From: Myxococcota bacterium
GTDB taxonomy: Bacteria; Myxococcota_A; UBA796; UBA2385
DNA: 64,000 nucleotides
Direction of reading: 5' to 3'
Assembly: GCA_044344255.1 (NCBI GenBank)
Contig: JBIJDH010000023.1
Span: 75,396 to 139,395 of the forward strand
The notes below the pieces were generated by a model, which saw nothing but the letters and a program-made list of their open reading frames with translations, was not told the DNA's origin and did not search any database. Positions within the stretch are counted from its first letter, which is position 1, and every line of letters begins with the position of its first letter. This document shows positions 9,244 through 17,862 of this stretch, piece after piece. The position numbers and the translations under genes were made by a program.

Positions 9244-10740
9244 TCAAGAGCGGCGGGCGAGGTGGAGGGAGCCCCCGAGCAGGGGGCCGTGATCGCTCCA
9301 GCCCCCTTGCGCCTCGAGGCCGATCCGCCACCAGGGGGTGGGCGCGAAGTCCCAGCCCGCCCGCCCGAGGCCGCCGGTCGCGTAGGGGACCACCGCCAGC
9401 AGCGCCAGCCCCGCCCAGGGCCCCCCCTCGGCGCTCCCGGCGCGGAGGCCCAGGCTGGCCGGATAGACATGGGTGTCTACCCAGCCGGGATAGAGATAAT
9501 AGGGCTGGCCGGTGCGCATCGCGCCCAGGCGGAGCTCAACCGAGAGCGGGGGCCGCAGCCGATAGAGCGCCTGAACCTCGAAGACGACGTGGTGACGGGG
9601 CTCGAGATAGAGGTAGCCGAGGCCGGCTCCCAGTCGGAAGCGCTGGGGGCCAGGGGCCTCGGACAGGATCGCCACCCCAGGGCCGGGGTGGACGAAACGA
9701 CGCCGCTCGACGTCGAGCCAGAGGGGCGACAGGGCCCAGGCGCTCCCGTCCGGGGCCTCGAGGCGCTCGCCGGGGGTGGCCTCGGCGGCGCTGGAAGGCA
9801 GCGGGCGGAGGTGGACGAAGCGGACCCAGCGGAGGCCGTTCGCCGCGCCCCAGTCGGCGAGGGTCTCGGCCACCGCCGCTGGGGGCTCCTGCCCGCGGAG
9901 GGCCCCGAGCACGGCGGCCTCGAGGGCGGCGGCGCCGTCATCCCCGTGGAGCTCGGCGGTGACGGAGAGGCGGGCGCCGGCGGGGGCCTGGAGCTCGGCG
10001 GTCCAGGCGGTGCGGCGGCCGGGGCGCTCCGCGCTCAGGCGGTGCCAGCCGGGGCGGAGCTCGATGGGGCCTGCCTCCACGCGGTGACCGTCGACGAAGA
10101 GCCTTGCGTCTTCGACGTCGGCGCCGAGCTCGACGACGGCCGGCGCCCCACCCTCGGCCGCGAGCTCGAGGTAGCGGGAGAGGGTGGCGGGGGAGAGGGG
10201 CGGCAGGTCGGTCGCGCGACCGCCGGTGGAGGCGGCCGCGGCCCGGAGATCGGCGTCGGCGCCGACGAGGTCTCCGGCGGCCCGACGTCGGTCGGCGAGC
10301 AGGAGGAGGATGCGGGCGGGCTCCTCGTCATCGGTGGTGAAGGGCAGCGCGCGGAGGGCCTCCCGGGCCTCAAACAAGGCCCCGATCGCAGGCGCGCGGT
10401 CGAGGCCCTCGAGGCCCTCGAGGCCATCGAGGACCTGGAGGGCCGCGGCATACCGTGCGCTCGCCGCCGCGCCCGCCGGCCCGGCCGCCGCGACCGTGTC
10501 GAAGTCGAGCAGGGGCGCCCCCCCCTCCGCGCTGGCCGCCGCGATCGCCGACCGGGCGGCGGGGCAGCCTCCTGGCTCATCGCAGAGGAGGACCGACACC
10601 GCCCGCGCCCCCAAGGGCACCTCCTCCATCGGCTGCGCGGAGGCCGGCGCAGCCCCGAGGCCGAGGGCGGCGAGGAGCAGCGCGGCCGAGGGCCGGCGGG
10701 GGGTGAGAGAGGGAGAGAGCGGGGGGGAGAGGTGGGCCAT
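9244..10740 (-). CDS. Secreted hypothetical protein with PEGA-like domain (paralog 2)
   Basis: Signal peptide; ARLFVDG..LRPGWHRL; shares PYxLYPxWxD motif with 3470..4993. Confidence 0.7.
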   Translation of the reverse strand: MAHLSPPLSPSLTPRRPSAALLLAALGLGAAPASAQPMEEVPLGARAVSVLLCDEPGGCPAARSAIAAASAEGGAPLLDFDTVAAAGPAGAAASARYAAALQVLDGLEGLEGLDRAPAIGALFEAREALRALPFTTDDEEPARILLLLADRRRAAGDLVGADADLRAAAASTGGRATDLPPLSPATLSRYLELAAEGGAPAVVELGADVEDARLFVDGHRVEAGPIELRPGWHRLSAERPGRRTAWTAELQAPAGARLSVTAELHGDDGAAALEAAVLGALRGQEPPAAVAETLADWGAANGLRWVRFVHLRPLPSSAAEATPGERLEAPDGSAWALSPLWLDVERRRFVHPGPGVAILSEAPGPQRFRLGAGLGYLYLEPRHHVVFEVQALYRLRPPLSVELRLGAMRTGQPYYLYPGWVDTHVYPASLGLRAGSAEGGPWAGLALLAVVPYATGGLGRAGWDFAPTPWWRIGLEAQGGWSDHGPLLGGSLHLARRS

Positions 10741-10776
10741 TCCCCCGCCGGTAACACCCTCGACTATACTCCTGCT

Positions 10777-11778
10777 GTGCTGAACACCCTCCTCCCGCTG
10801 CTCTTGGCCTCCGCCCCGCTCCGGGCCGAGGTGCTCTCGGCCCCCGAGCCGGGTCGGCCGGAGCTGACGCTGCTGGTCTGTCCGAGCCCGATCACCTGCC
10901 CGGAGGCGCTGATGTGGGTCGACAACCAGGGCGGCCTCGGCGGGGAGGGGCTGCTGCTGCTCGACGCTGTCCTCGAGCTCGACACCGGCGAGTGGGAGGA
11001 CGGAGAGGACAAGGCCCTTCGCTTCCGGGAGTCGCTGGCGGCCGCGCGCGCCGAGCTCCAGGCGGGGCGCCCCGCGCTCGCCGAGGGGGCGCTGAGCGAG
11101 GCCGAGTCGACGCTCTCACGCTGGTCGGGCACCGCGACCTCCGCCGAGCTCACCGAGGTCGCCTGGCTGCGGGGGGCGCTCGAGCTCGTCTGGGAGCAGG
11201 ACCCCGGCCCCGCCTTTCGACAGGCGGCGGTGTGGGCCTGGAACCAGCCCTTCGAGCCCCCGCTCTCCGAGCCCACCGCGCTCCGTCGCTGGGGAGAGGC
11301 CGAGCGCGCCCTCGCCGTGGAGCCCCCCGGCCGCCTCCGCCTCCGCGCCGGCCTCCCGGGCACCGTCTATGCCCTCGACGGCGTCACCCTCGGCCCCGGC
11401 CCGGTCGAGGTCAGCCTGCCCGCGGGCCTCCACCGGGTCACGGCCTGGCAGGAGCACACGGCCATCCGCTGGGCCGCCTCGCTGGCGGTCGAGCCCGGCG
11501 CGCTCACCGAGTCCGCCGCCCGCTTCTCCCGGGTGGCCGATCCCCAGTGGGTCTCCGACCAGATCGAGGCCGCCATCCGCGGCCAACCCCTCCCGGACCC
11601 CGTCTCCGAGCTGCTCGCCGAGTGGTGTACCCGCCACGGCGTGCGCCGCCTCCGCCTCGCGGTGGCCGATCCGGTGCGCCCCGACGAGCTCGAGGGGCGG
11701 GACCCGAGCCTCGGGATGAGCCCCTATCGCCTGCGACAGGTCTCCTTCGATCCCCGCCAGCGCAGCCTCTCTCCCTGA
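10777..11778 (+). CDS. Secreted hypothetical protein with PEGA-like domain (paralog 3, shorter)
   Basis: GTG start 6 nt after TATACT; signal peptide; LLVCPSPITC, YALDG..LPAGLHRV, LLAEWCTRHG shared with the paralogs. Confidence 0.7.
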   Translation: MLNTLLPLLLASAPLRAEVLSAPEPGRPELTLLVCPSPITCPEALMWVDNQGGLGGEGLLLLDAVLELDTGEWEDGEDKALRFRESLAAARAELQAGRPALAEGALSEAESTLSRWSGTATSAELTEVAWLRGALELVWEQDPGPAFRQAAVWAWNQPFEPPLSEPTALRRWGEAERALAVEPPGRLRLRAGLPGTVYALDGVTLGPGPVEVSLPAGLHRVTAWQEHTAIRWAASLAVEPGALTESAARFSRVADPQWVSDQIEAAIRGQPLPDPVSELLAEWCTRHGVRRLRLAVADPVRPDELEGRDPSLGMSPYRLRQVSFDPRQRSLSP

Positions 11779-11808
11779 GCCCACCCTGTCGGTCCCGCGG
11801 AGCCCCCC

Positions 11809-13734
11809 ATGCTGCGTCGCCCCACCTCGTCCCTCGTGTCCCCTGTGCCGCTGTCTGTCCCGCTGTCTGTCCTGTTGTCAGTCGGGGCGCCGCTCGTCGG
11901 AGGCGCGCTCGGCTGCTCGGACTATGAGCTGCAGGGCAAGTCCGAGGCCGAGCCCGGCGCCAGCCTCGAGGACTGCCGCACAGACCCCCCCGAGGCGGCG
12001 GCCGTGCTGATCGACGAGGCCTGCGTCCGGGTCGAGGCGCCCGTCGGCGGGACGCCCACGGTCGAGTGGCAGTGGGCCACCTCGGTCGGAAACCCCGGCT
12101 ACGACGACGTGATGATGATGCCGGCCGTCGGCGATGTCGATGGGGACGGCACACCCGAGGTGGTGGTCACGAGCTACGCTGGCGCCGCCTATGGCTCGGC
12201 GGGCCTGCTCACCGTGCTGCGCGGAGACGGCTCGGGGGAGCTCCTGAGCGCCCTCTCGATCGGCGGCTACGCGCCCTTCGCCTCGAGCGGCGTCGCCCTC
12301 GGCGACATCGACGCCGACGGCGTGGTCGAGATCGTGCTCTACAGCGCCGACGGGCGCGTCCTGGCAGCGCACGCCGACGGCACCCTCCTCTGGGCCTCGG
12401 AGGCGCGCTCGGGCGACTGGCTGTCGTATGGTTACCCCTCCCTCGCAGACCTCGACGGCGACGGCCTCGCCGAGGTGGTGGCCGGCCGGGTGATCCTCGA
12501 TCACACTGGCGTGGTCGTGGGGGTGGGGGCCTATGGATACGGAGGCTCCTATTCGATCCCGGTCGTGGCCGACCTCGACCTCGACGGCCAGCAGGAGGTG
12601 ATCGTCGGCAACGCCGCCTATCGGCGCGACGGGAGCGCGATCTGGTCCAATTCCCTCCCCGACGGCTGGCCCGCCGTGGGTGACTTCGACCACGACGGGC
12701 GCGGGGAGGTGGTCACCGTCTATGGGGGCTCGGTCTATCTCAGCGACGATGACGGCACGCTGCTCTGGGGCCCGATGGTGGTGCCCGGGGGCGGCGGCGG
12801 TCCGCCCACGGTGGCCGACTTCGACGGCGACGGCGAGCCCGAGGTGGGGGTGGCCGGGCTCAGCGGCTACGCGGTCTATGACACCGACGGCAGCACGCTC
12901 TGGACCGCCGTCACCACCGACGCCTCCTCCGCCCAGACCGGCTCCGCCGTCTTTGACTTCGAGGGCGACGGCGCGGCTGAGGTGGTCTATGCCGATGAGC
13001 TCGTGCTCTGGGTCTATGACGGGGCCACCGGCGCTCCGCTGGTGGCGGACGACCGCCACAGCTCCTGGACCCTCTTCGAGTACCCGGTGATCGCTGACGT
13101 CGACGCCGACGGCGACGCCGAGATCGTGCTCGCCAGCAATGACTCAATCGGCGAGGGCTGGCAGGGTGTCACCGTGCTCGGCGCCGGAGAGGGCGGGGCC
13201 TGGGCGCCCACCACCCCCACCTGGAATGAGCACGGCTACTCGATCAGCAACATCGAGGACGACCTCTCGATCCCCGCCCACCCCACCATGAACTGGCTGA
13301 GCGGCCACAATTCCTTTCGGGCCGGCGGCCTCCGTGACGGCGTGGGCATCCCGGCGATCGACCTCCTCGCCACCCTCGCCGACGCCTGCTGGGTCTGTGA
13401 GGACGAAGCGGGCAACAGCGAGGTCGAGCTCGCCGTGCGGGTGGGCAACCAGGGCACCGGCCCGGCCGGCGAGAGCGCGCTGTCCGTCTATCTCCACGAG
13501 GAGAACGGCGACGTCACCCTGCTCGGCGTCGAGACGATGCCCGCGGTGGAGGCCGGCGCCGAGAGCCCGGCCCTCACCCTGCGCTACACGCTCCCCCCGG
13601 CGGCGGCGGTGCGCGAGGTCTCGGTGCGGGTCGATGATCCCGGCACCGTGGCGGCGGGGCCGACCACCGGCCTCCTCGAAGAGTGTGATGAGGAGAACAA
13701 CCGTGTGAGCACGGCGCCCACCGACTGCCGCTGA
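11809..13734 (+). CDS. FG-GAP/VCBS repeat lipoprotein with C-terminal CARDB-like domain
   Basis: Lipobox ALGC; repeated (G/A)DxDGDGxxEVV; C-terminal VGNQG...VDD...EECDEENN. Confidence 0.85.
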   Translation: MLRRPTSSLVSPVPLSVPLSVLLSVGAPLVGGALGCSDYELQGKSEAEPGASLEDCRTDPPEAAAVLIDEACVRVEAPVGGTPTVEWQWATSVGNPGYDDVMMMPAVGDVDGDGTPEVVVTSYAGAAYGSAGLLTVLRGDGSGELLSALSIGGYAPFASSGVALGDIDADGVVEIVLYSADGRVLAAHADGTLLWASEARSGDWLSYGYPSLADLDGDGLAEVVAGRVILDHTGVVVGVGAYGYGGSYSIPVVADLDLDGQQEVIVGNAAYRRDGSAIWSNSLPDGWPAVGDFDHDGRGEVVTVYGGSVYLSDDDGTLLWGPMVVPGGGGGPPTVADFDGDGEPEVGVAGLSGYAVYDTDGSTLWTAVTTDASSAQTGSAVFDFEGDGAAEVVYADELVLWVYDGATGAPLVADDRHSSWTLFEYPVIADVDADGDAEIVLASNDSIGEGWQGVTVLGAGEGGAWAPTTPTWNEHGYSISNIEDDLSIPAHPTMNWLSGHNSFRAGGLRDGVGIPAIDLLATLADACWVCEDEAGNSEVELAVRVGNQGTGPAGESALSVYLHEENGDVTLLGVETMPAVEAGAESPALTLRYTLPPAAAVREVSVRVDDPGTVAAGPTTGLLEECDEENNRVSTAPTDCR

Positions 13735-13778
13735 GGGGCCCTTCGCCCGGGGAGCGGTCCTGCGTTATCGCCCGCGCC

Positions 13779-14324
13779 ATGAACGAGCTCACCGCCCGCC
13801 TCGCCCCGCTGACCGTCCTCGACCTCGACGGCGCGGCCGTGCCCTTGGGCTCGCTCTGGGCCGAGCGGGGCGTCGTCTTCGTCTGGCTGCGTCACTACGG
13901 CTGAACGTTCTGTCGCGAGCAGGCTGCTCGTTTCGGCTCCCGCGCCTCGGAGATCCGGGCCCAGGGCGCGGAGCTCGTCTTCATCGGCAACGGCACACCC
14001 CTGATGGCGCGCGACTTCCAGGAGACCACCGGGGTCCAGGGCCGGCTGTTCACCGACCCCTCCCGCGCCACCTACGCGGCGATGGGCGCGAAGAGCGGCG
14101 CCCTCCGCCTGCTGGACCCTCGGGTGCTCCTCGCCGGTGCCCGCTCCTTCCGCGAGGGCCACGGCCAGACCGCGGTGAAGGGCGACCCCTTCCAGCTCGG
14201 CGGCGAGCTCGTCGTGCGGGCAGGGGGCGCCGTCGCCTTCGTGCATCACTCGGCCTTCGCGGGCGACCACGCGGACGTCGAGCCGGTGCTCCGCGCGCTG
14301 GTGGGCGGCGCCGCGGCCGGGTAG
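13779..14324 (+). CDS. Peroxiredoxin-like (AhpC/TSA-type, SelL/SelU-related) selenoprotein with UxxC motif
   Basis: ATG 13779 reads ...VFVWLRHYG-TGA(13902)-TFCREQ..., in frame with the 14004..14324 ORF. The family motif is LRHxGCxFCRE; downstream FTDP..Y and QLGG..V motifs are present. Confidence 0.85.
13916..13930 (+). promoter_or_regulatory. Candidate bacterial SECIS hairpin
   Basis: CGAGCA-GGC-TGCTCG stem-loop with a G-starting loop 17 nt after the in-frame TGA. Confidence 0.6.
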
Positions 14325-14360
14325 GCAGGCTCCATCGGCCCCGCCGGGCCAAGGAGCCTC

Positions 14361-15062
14361 ATGCGCACGCTCTCGATCGACATCTGGTCCGACGTCGTCT
14401 GCCCCTGGTGCTACATCGGTAAGCGCCGCATCGAGGGCGCCCTCGCCAGCTTCCCGCATAAGGACGCGGTGCAGGTGCGCTGGCACGCCTTCGAGCTCGA
14501 CCCCTCCGCCCCGAAGAACAGCGGCACGCCGGTGCGGGAGATGCTGGCCCGGAAGTACCGGATGGGCCCCACCCAGGTCCAAGCCATGCAGGACCGCGTG
14601 GAGGGTGTGGCGGCCGAGGTGGGCGTCCAGATGCACATCGAGCGCACCGCCGTCGAGAACACCTTCGACGCCCACCGCCTCATCGCCCACGCAGGCGAGC
14701 AGGGCCTCGGGGGCGTGATGAAGGAGCGCCTGCTCGCGGCCTACTTCACCGAGGGGCGTCGTATCGGTGATCACGCCGTGCTGGCCGCGCTCGCCGCCGA
14801 GGTGGGGGTGACCGGCGCCGCTGAGGCCTTGGGAGACCCCGCCGCCTTCTCCGCCGCCGTGCGCAAGGACGAGGCGGAGGCCCGCGAGCTCGGCATCACC
14901 GGGGTGCCCTTCTTCGTGATCGACGGCCGCTTCGGCATCTCCGGCGGGCAGCCCGAGGCGGTCTTCCGCGGCGCCCTCGACCGCGCCTGGGCCGAGGGCG
15001 CACAGGAGGAGACGGCCGCTGGCCCCGCCTGTGACGCCGACGGCTGCGCCCTCCCCAAGTGA
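14361..15062 (+). CDS. DsbA family oxidoreductase (FrnE-like)
   Basis: WSDVVCPWCYIG, FELDP, GITGVPFF motifs; C-terminal CDADGC; GGAG RBS. Confidence 0.92.
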   Translation: MRTLSIDIWSDVVCPWCYIGKRRIEGALASFPHKDAVQVRWHAFELDPSAPKNSGTPVREMLARKYRMGPTQVQAMQDRVEGVAAEVGVQMHIERTAVENTFDAHRLIAHAGEQGLGGVMKERLLAAYFTEGRRIGDHAVLAALAAEVGVTGAAEALGDPAAFSAAVRKDEAEARELGITGVPFFVIDGRFGISGGQPEAVFRGALDRAWAEGAQEETAAGPACDADGCALPK

Positions 15063-15087
15063 GGGCTGGGCCCCACGTCACGCGCCG

Positions 15088-17760
15088 TCACGCCTGCGAG
15101 GTCCGCGTGACACCTTGGCCGGAGGGCCCCGCCTCGGGCAGGCGGTGGCAGCCCCGGAGGCCGCCGACGGCGTAGCGGTGGTGCGCCCCGACCTGCACGC
15201 GGTCGGCGGAGCGGGCGTCAGTGGCGAGGGTCATCCAGGCGCCGCCGCGCACCACGCGGCGCACGGAGAGGACGTGGTCGGGAGAGGGATCGGGCTCGCC
15301 CACCCGCTCCTCGCGGACGCAGGTGAGGGGCTGATCGTAGGCGTTCTCGATCCAGTCCCGCGCGTTTCCGGCCATCCCGCGCACGCCGAAGGGGCTCCAG
15401 TCGACCGGGAAGGTGTCCACCTGGGCGGGCAGGGGCCTGCCCTGAGAGGACTCGCCGGTGCAGCACCAGGAGGGGTCGAAGTGATTGCCCCAGGGATACC
15501 AGCGCCCGTCGACGCCGCGGGCGGCCTTCTCCCACTCGAGCTCGCCGGGGAGCCGCCAGGGCCGCCCGCTCCGCGCGGCCCGCCAGGCCATGTAGGCGCG
15601 CGCCCCGGCCCAGTTCACGTAGAGGACGGGCCAGTCGGGGTGCCACTCGTCACCGTCGGCGTCGGGGCGGAGGGAGAAGCGCCCTTCCTGATAGCCGTAG
15701 ATCAGCGCGCCGGTGTCCTCCCCTTCGCTGCTCGCCCGCTCCCTCGGCGCGTGGCGGAGCGCCTCGGCCTCTCGACCGTGCGCGACGAGGTCGTCGAGGA
15801 AGGGGATGAATTCGCGGTTCGTGACCGGGAAGCGGTCGATGATGAAGGCGTCGCACCACAGGCGCAGTGCGGGGAGGCAGTCGATGGCGTGCGGATCTCC
15901 GCCGACCCTGAACCACCCGCTCGGGACATAGACCTGGCGGGGTCCGAGCCAGCCCTGTGGGGGGAGCCAGATCGGGTGAGGCGATCGCTCGCCTGGCGCG
16001 ACGCCATTCCAGTGCCCCTGCCGGGTGACCTCCACCGGATAGGCCACCTCCTCACAGGCGGGGTGACGGATACGGCAGAGGTAGCTCCCCATCGGGAGCT
16101 CCACGGCGTGCAGGGGCGTCTCTCCGAGCGGGCGCACGAGGACCTCCACCATCCGCCGGTTGTGTTCGACGTATCGATAGAGGTGGACGGTGGCCCCGGG
16201 CGGGTCGGTGACGAGGGTGAGGGCGCCGTCTCCTCGGAGGTAGGCGGTGAGCGCCCGCCGGACCGGGTGGGCCTCGGGCAGTGCGGCGGTGTGGGTCTCG
16301 AGGAGAGACTGCGCCTCGGCGGAGGCCCGCCGGTCGCGGCGGCCCTCGGCCTCGGCGTGGCGGTCGCGGTAGCGCTGGGCCAGCGCGGCGTGGGCGAGCG
16401 CGAGGTCGGGGGCGATGCGCAAGGCGCCCTGCAGGCCCTGGTCGACCGCGAGCTGGCGGAGGTGGGCGGAGAGCTCGGCGGCCTCGGCCTCGCTGCTGCG
16501 GGCCCAGGCGGGGGCCTTCCGTTCTTCGGGCTCCCAGGGGGCCACGTCGCGGAGGAGGGCGGCGGCCTCCGCGCGCAGGTCGACGGCGCGGCGCACCATG
16601 CGCTCGGCTTCGGCGATCGACTGGAGGGCGGCCTCGGCGAGCCGAGTGGCCTGCTCCTCGCGGTGGGCCCCGTCGAGCCAGGACTGGAGGGCCTCGGCGA
16701 AGACATCGACCCTCGGTGGGCGATCGGCGGGTTCGCGGGCCATCGCCCGCTCGCACAGGTCCACGAGCTCTGCCGGCGGCGGCGGGGCGCCCTGCGCGGA
16801 GATGAGCGGCGGCGGGGGGCCCTGGCGGACGGCGGCGAGGGCCGTGGCGCCGTCTCCGCCGTAGGGCGGGCCGCCGGAGAGGATCTCGTAGAGGATGGCC
16901 CCGAGGGAGTAGAGGTCGCTCCGGTGGTCTATCCAGTCATTTTCGCCGCGTGCCTGCTCGGGCGACATGTAGGCCGGCGTGCCCACCACCTGTCCGACGT
17001 GGGTGCCGCCCTGCGCGAGCCGTGAAGCGCGCAGGGGCGGTCGGTCGACCGGCTCGGGCTCGGGCTCGACCTCGCCTCCGCCGTGGAGCTTGGCGAGCCC
17101 CCAGTCGAGGACGTAGACCTCGCCGTGCGCCCCCACCATCGCGTTCGCAGGCTTGAGGTCTCGGTGGAGGACGCCGCGCTCGTGGGCGTAGGCGACCGCG
17201 TGACAGGTGAGCTGAAAGGCGGCGATCAGGCGGCGGAAGGTCCAGCCGGAGGGGCCCGCTCCCCACTCTCCGGCGGAGGCCTCGTGCACCTCGCGGATGA
17301 CCTCCCCGAAGGTGCGGCCGCGCACCTCCTTCATCGTGAACCACACGCGACCGTCCGGTAGGCGACCGATGTCGTGGACGGGGACGATGCCGGGGTGCTG
17401 GAGCTGGGCGGTGGCCCGCGCCTCCTCGACGAAGCGCTCGAGCGCCGTTGTGCGCTGGGCCAGGGGGGCGCGGATGATCTTCATGGCGAGGACCCGGTCC
17501 AGGGCCACGTCTCGCACGCGGCGCACCTCACCCATCCCCCCCGCGCCGAGCGGGCCGAGGTCTTCGTAGCGGCCGGCGATCGGCACGACCGGGGACGCGG
17601 TGGGCGCCGCCGCGGGAGCGTGCGGGCCGATCCAGGTCTCGGCCCCCTCCTGGTCTCGGCCGAGGGCCCACCGCCGGTCGACGTCGAAGGGGCCGTCGGG
17701 ATCGACGCGCTCGGAGGGCGAGGCGGGGCGGCTTTCGGGGTCGGTCGGGGTCGAGTTCAC
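15088..17760 (-). CDS. Ser/Thr protein kinase fused to FGE-sulfatase (SUMF1-like) domain
   Basis: LGAGGMGEV, AMK, HRDLKPAN, DWG, GTPAYMSPEQ; C-terminal FPVTN, LPGELEWEKAARG, GMAGN, RGGAW. Start GTG 17760 has a GGAG RBS and upstream TACAAT; the ORF extends to 17850. Confidence 0.9.
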   Translation of the reverse strand: MNSTPTDPESRPASPSERVDPDGPFDVDRRWALGRDQEGAETWIGPHAPAAAPTASPVVPIAGRYEDLGPLGAGGMGEVRRVRDVALDRVLAMKIIRAPLAQRTTALERFVEEARATAQLQHPGIVPVHDIGRLPDGRVWFTMKEVRGRTFGEVIREVHEASAGEWGAGPSGWTFRRLIAAFQLTCHAVAYAHERGVLHRDLKPANAMVGAHGEVYVLDWGLAKLHGGGEVEPEPEPVDRPPLRASRLAQGGTHVGQVVGTPAYMSPEQARGENDWIDHRSDLYSLGAILYEILSGGPPYGGDGATALAAVRQGPPPPLISAQGAPPPPAELVDLCERAMAREPADRPPRVDVFAEALQSWLDGAHREEQATRLAEAALQSIAEAERMVRRAVDLRAEAAALLRDVAPWEPEERKAPAWARSSEAEAAELSAHLRQLAVDQGLQGALRIAPDLALAHAALAQRYRDRHAEAEGRRDRRASAEAQSLLETHTAALPEAHPVRRALTAYLRGDGALTLVTDPPGATVHLYRYVEHNRRMVEVLVRPLGETPLHAVELPMGSYLCRIRHPACEEVAYPVEVTRQGHWNGVAPGERSPHPIWLPPQGWLGPRQVYVPSGWFRVGGDPHAIDCLPALRLWCDAFIIDRFPVTNREFIPFLDDLVAHGREAEALRHAPRERASSEGEDTGALIYGYQEGRFSLRPDADGDEWHPDWPVLYVNWAGARAYMAWRAARSGRPWRLPGELEWEKAARGVDGRWYPWGNHFDPSWCCTGESSQGRPLPAQVDTFPVDWSPFGVRGMAGNARDWIENAYDQPLTCVREERVGEPDPSPDHVLSVRRVVRGGAWMTLATDARSADRVQVGAHHRYAVGGLRGCHRLPEAGPSGQGVTRTSQA

Positions 17761-17862
17761 GCGCGCTCCGGAGCTGGCGATTGTAACCGCCGGTCCAGGG
17801 ACAGCGCCTCGCGATGCCACCGCGGACGGGGCATCCTCCTCGGCGTGCACCTGCGCGGCGCC

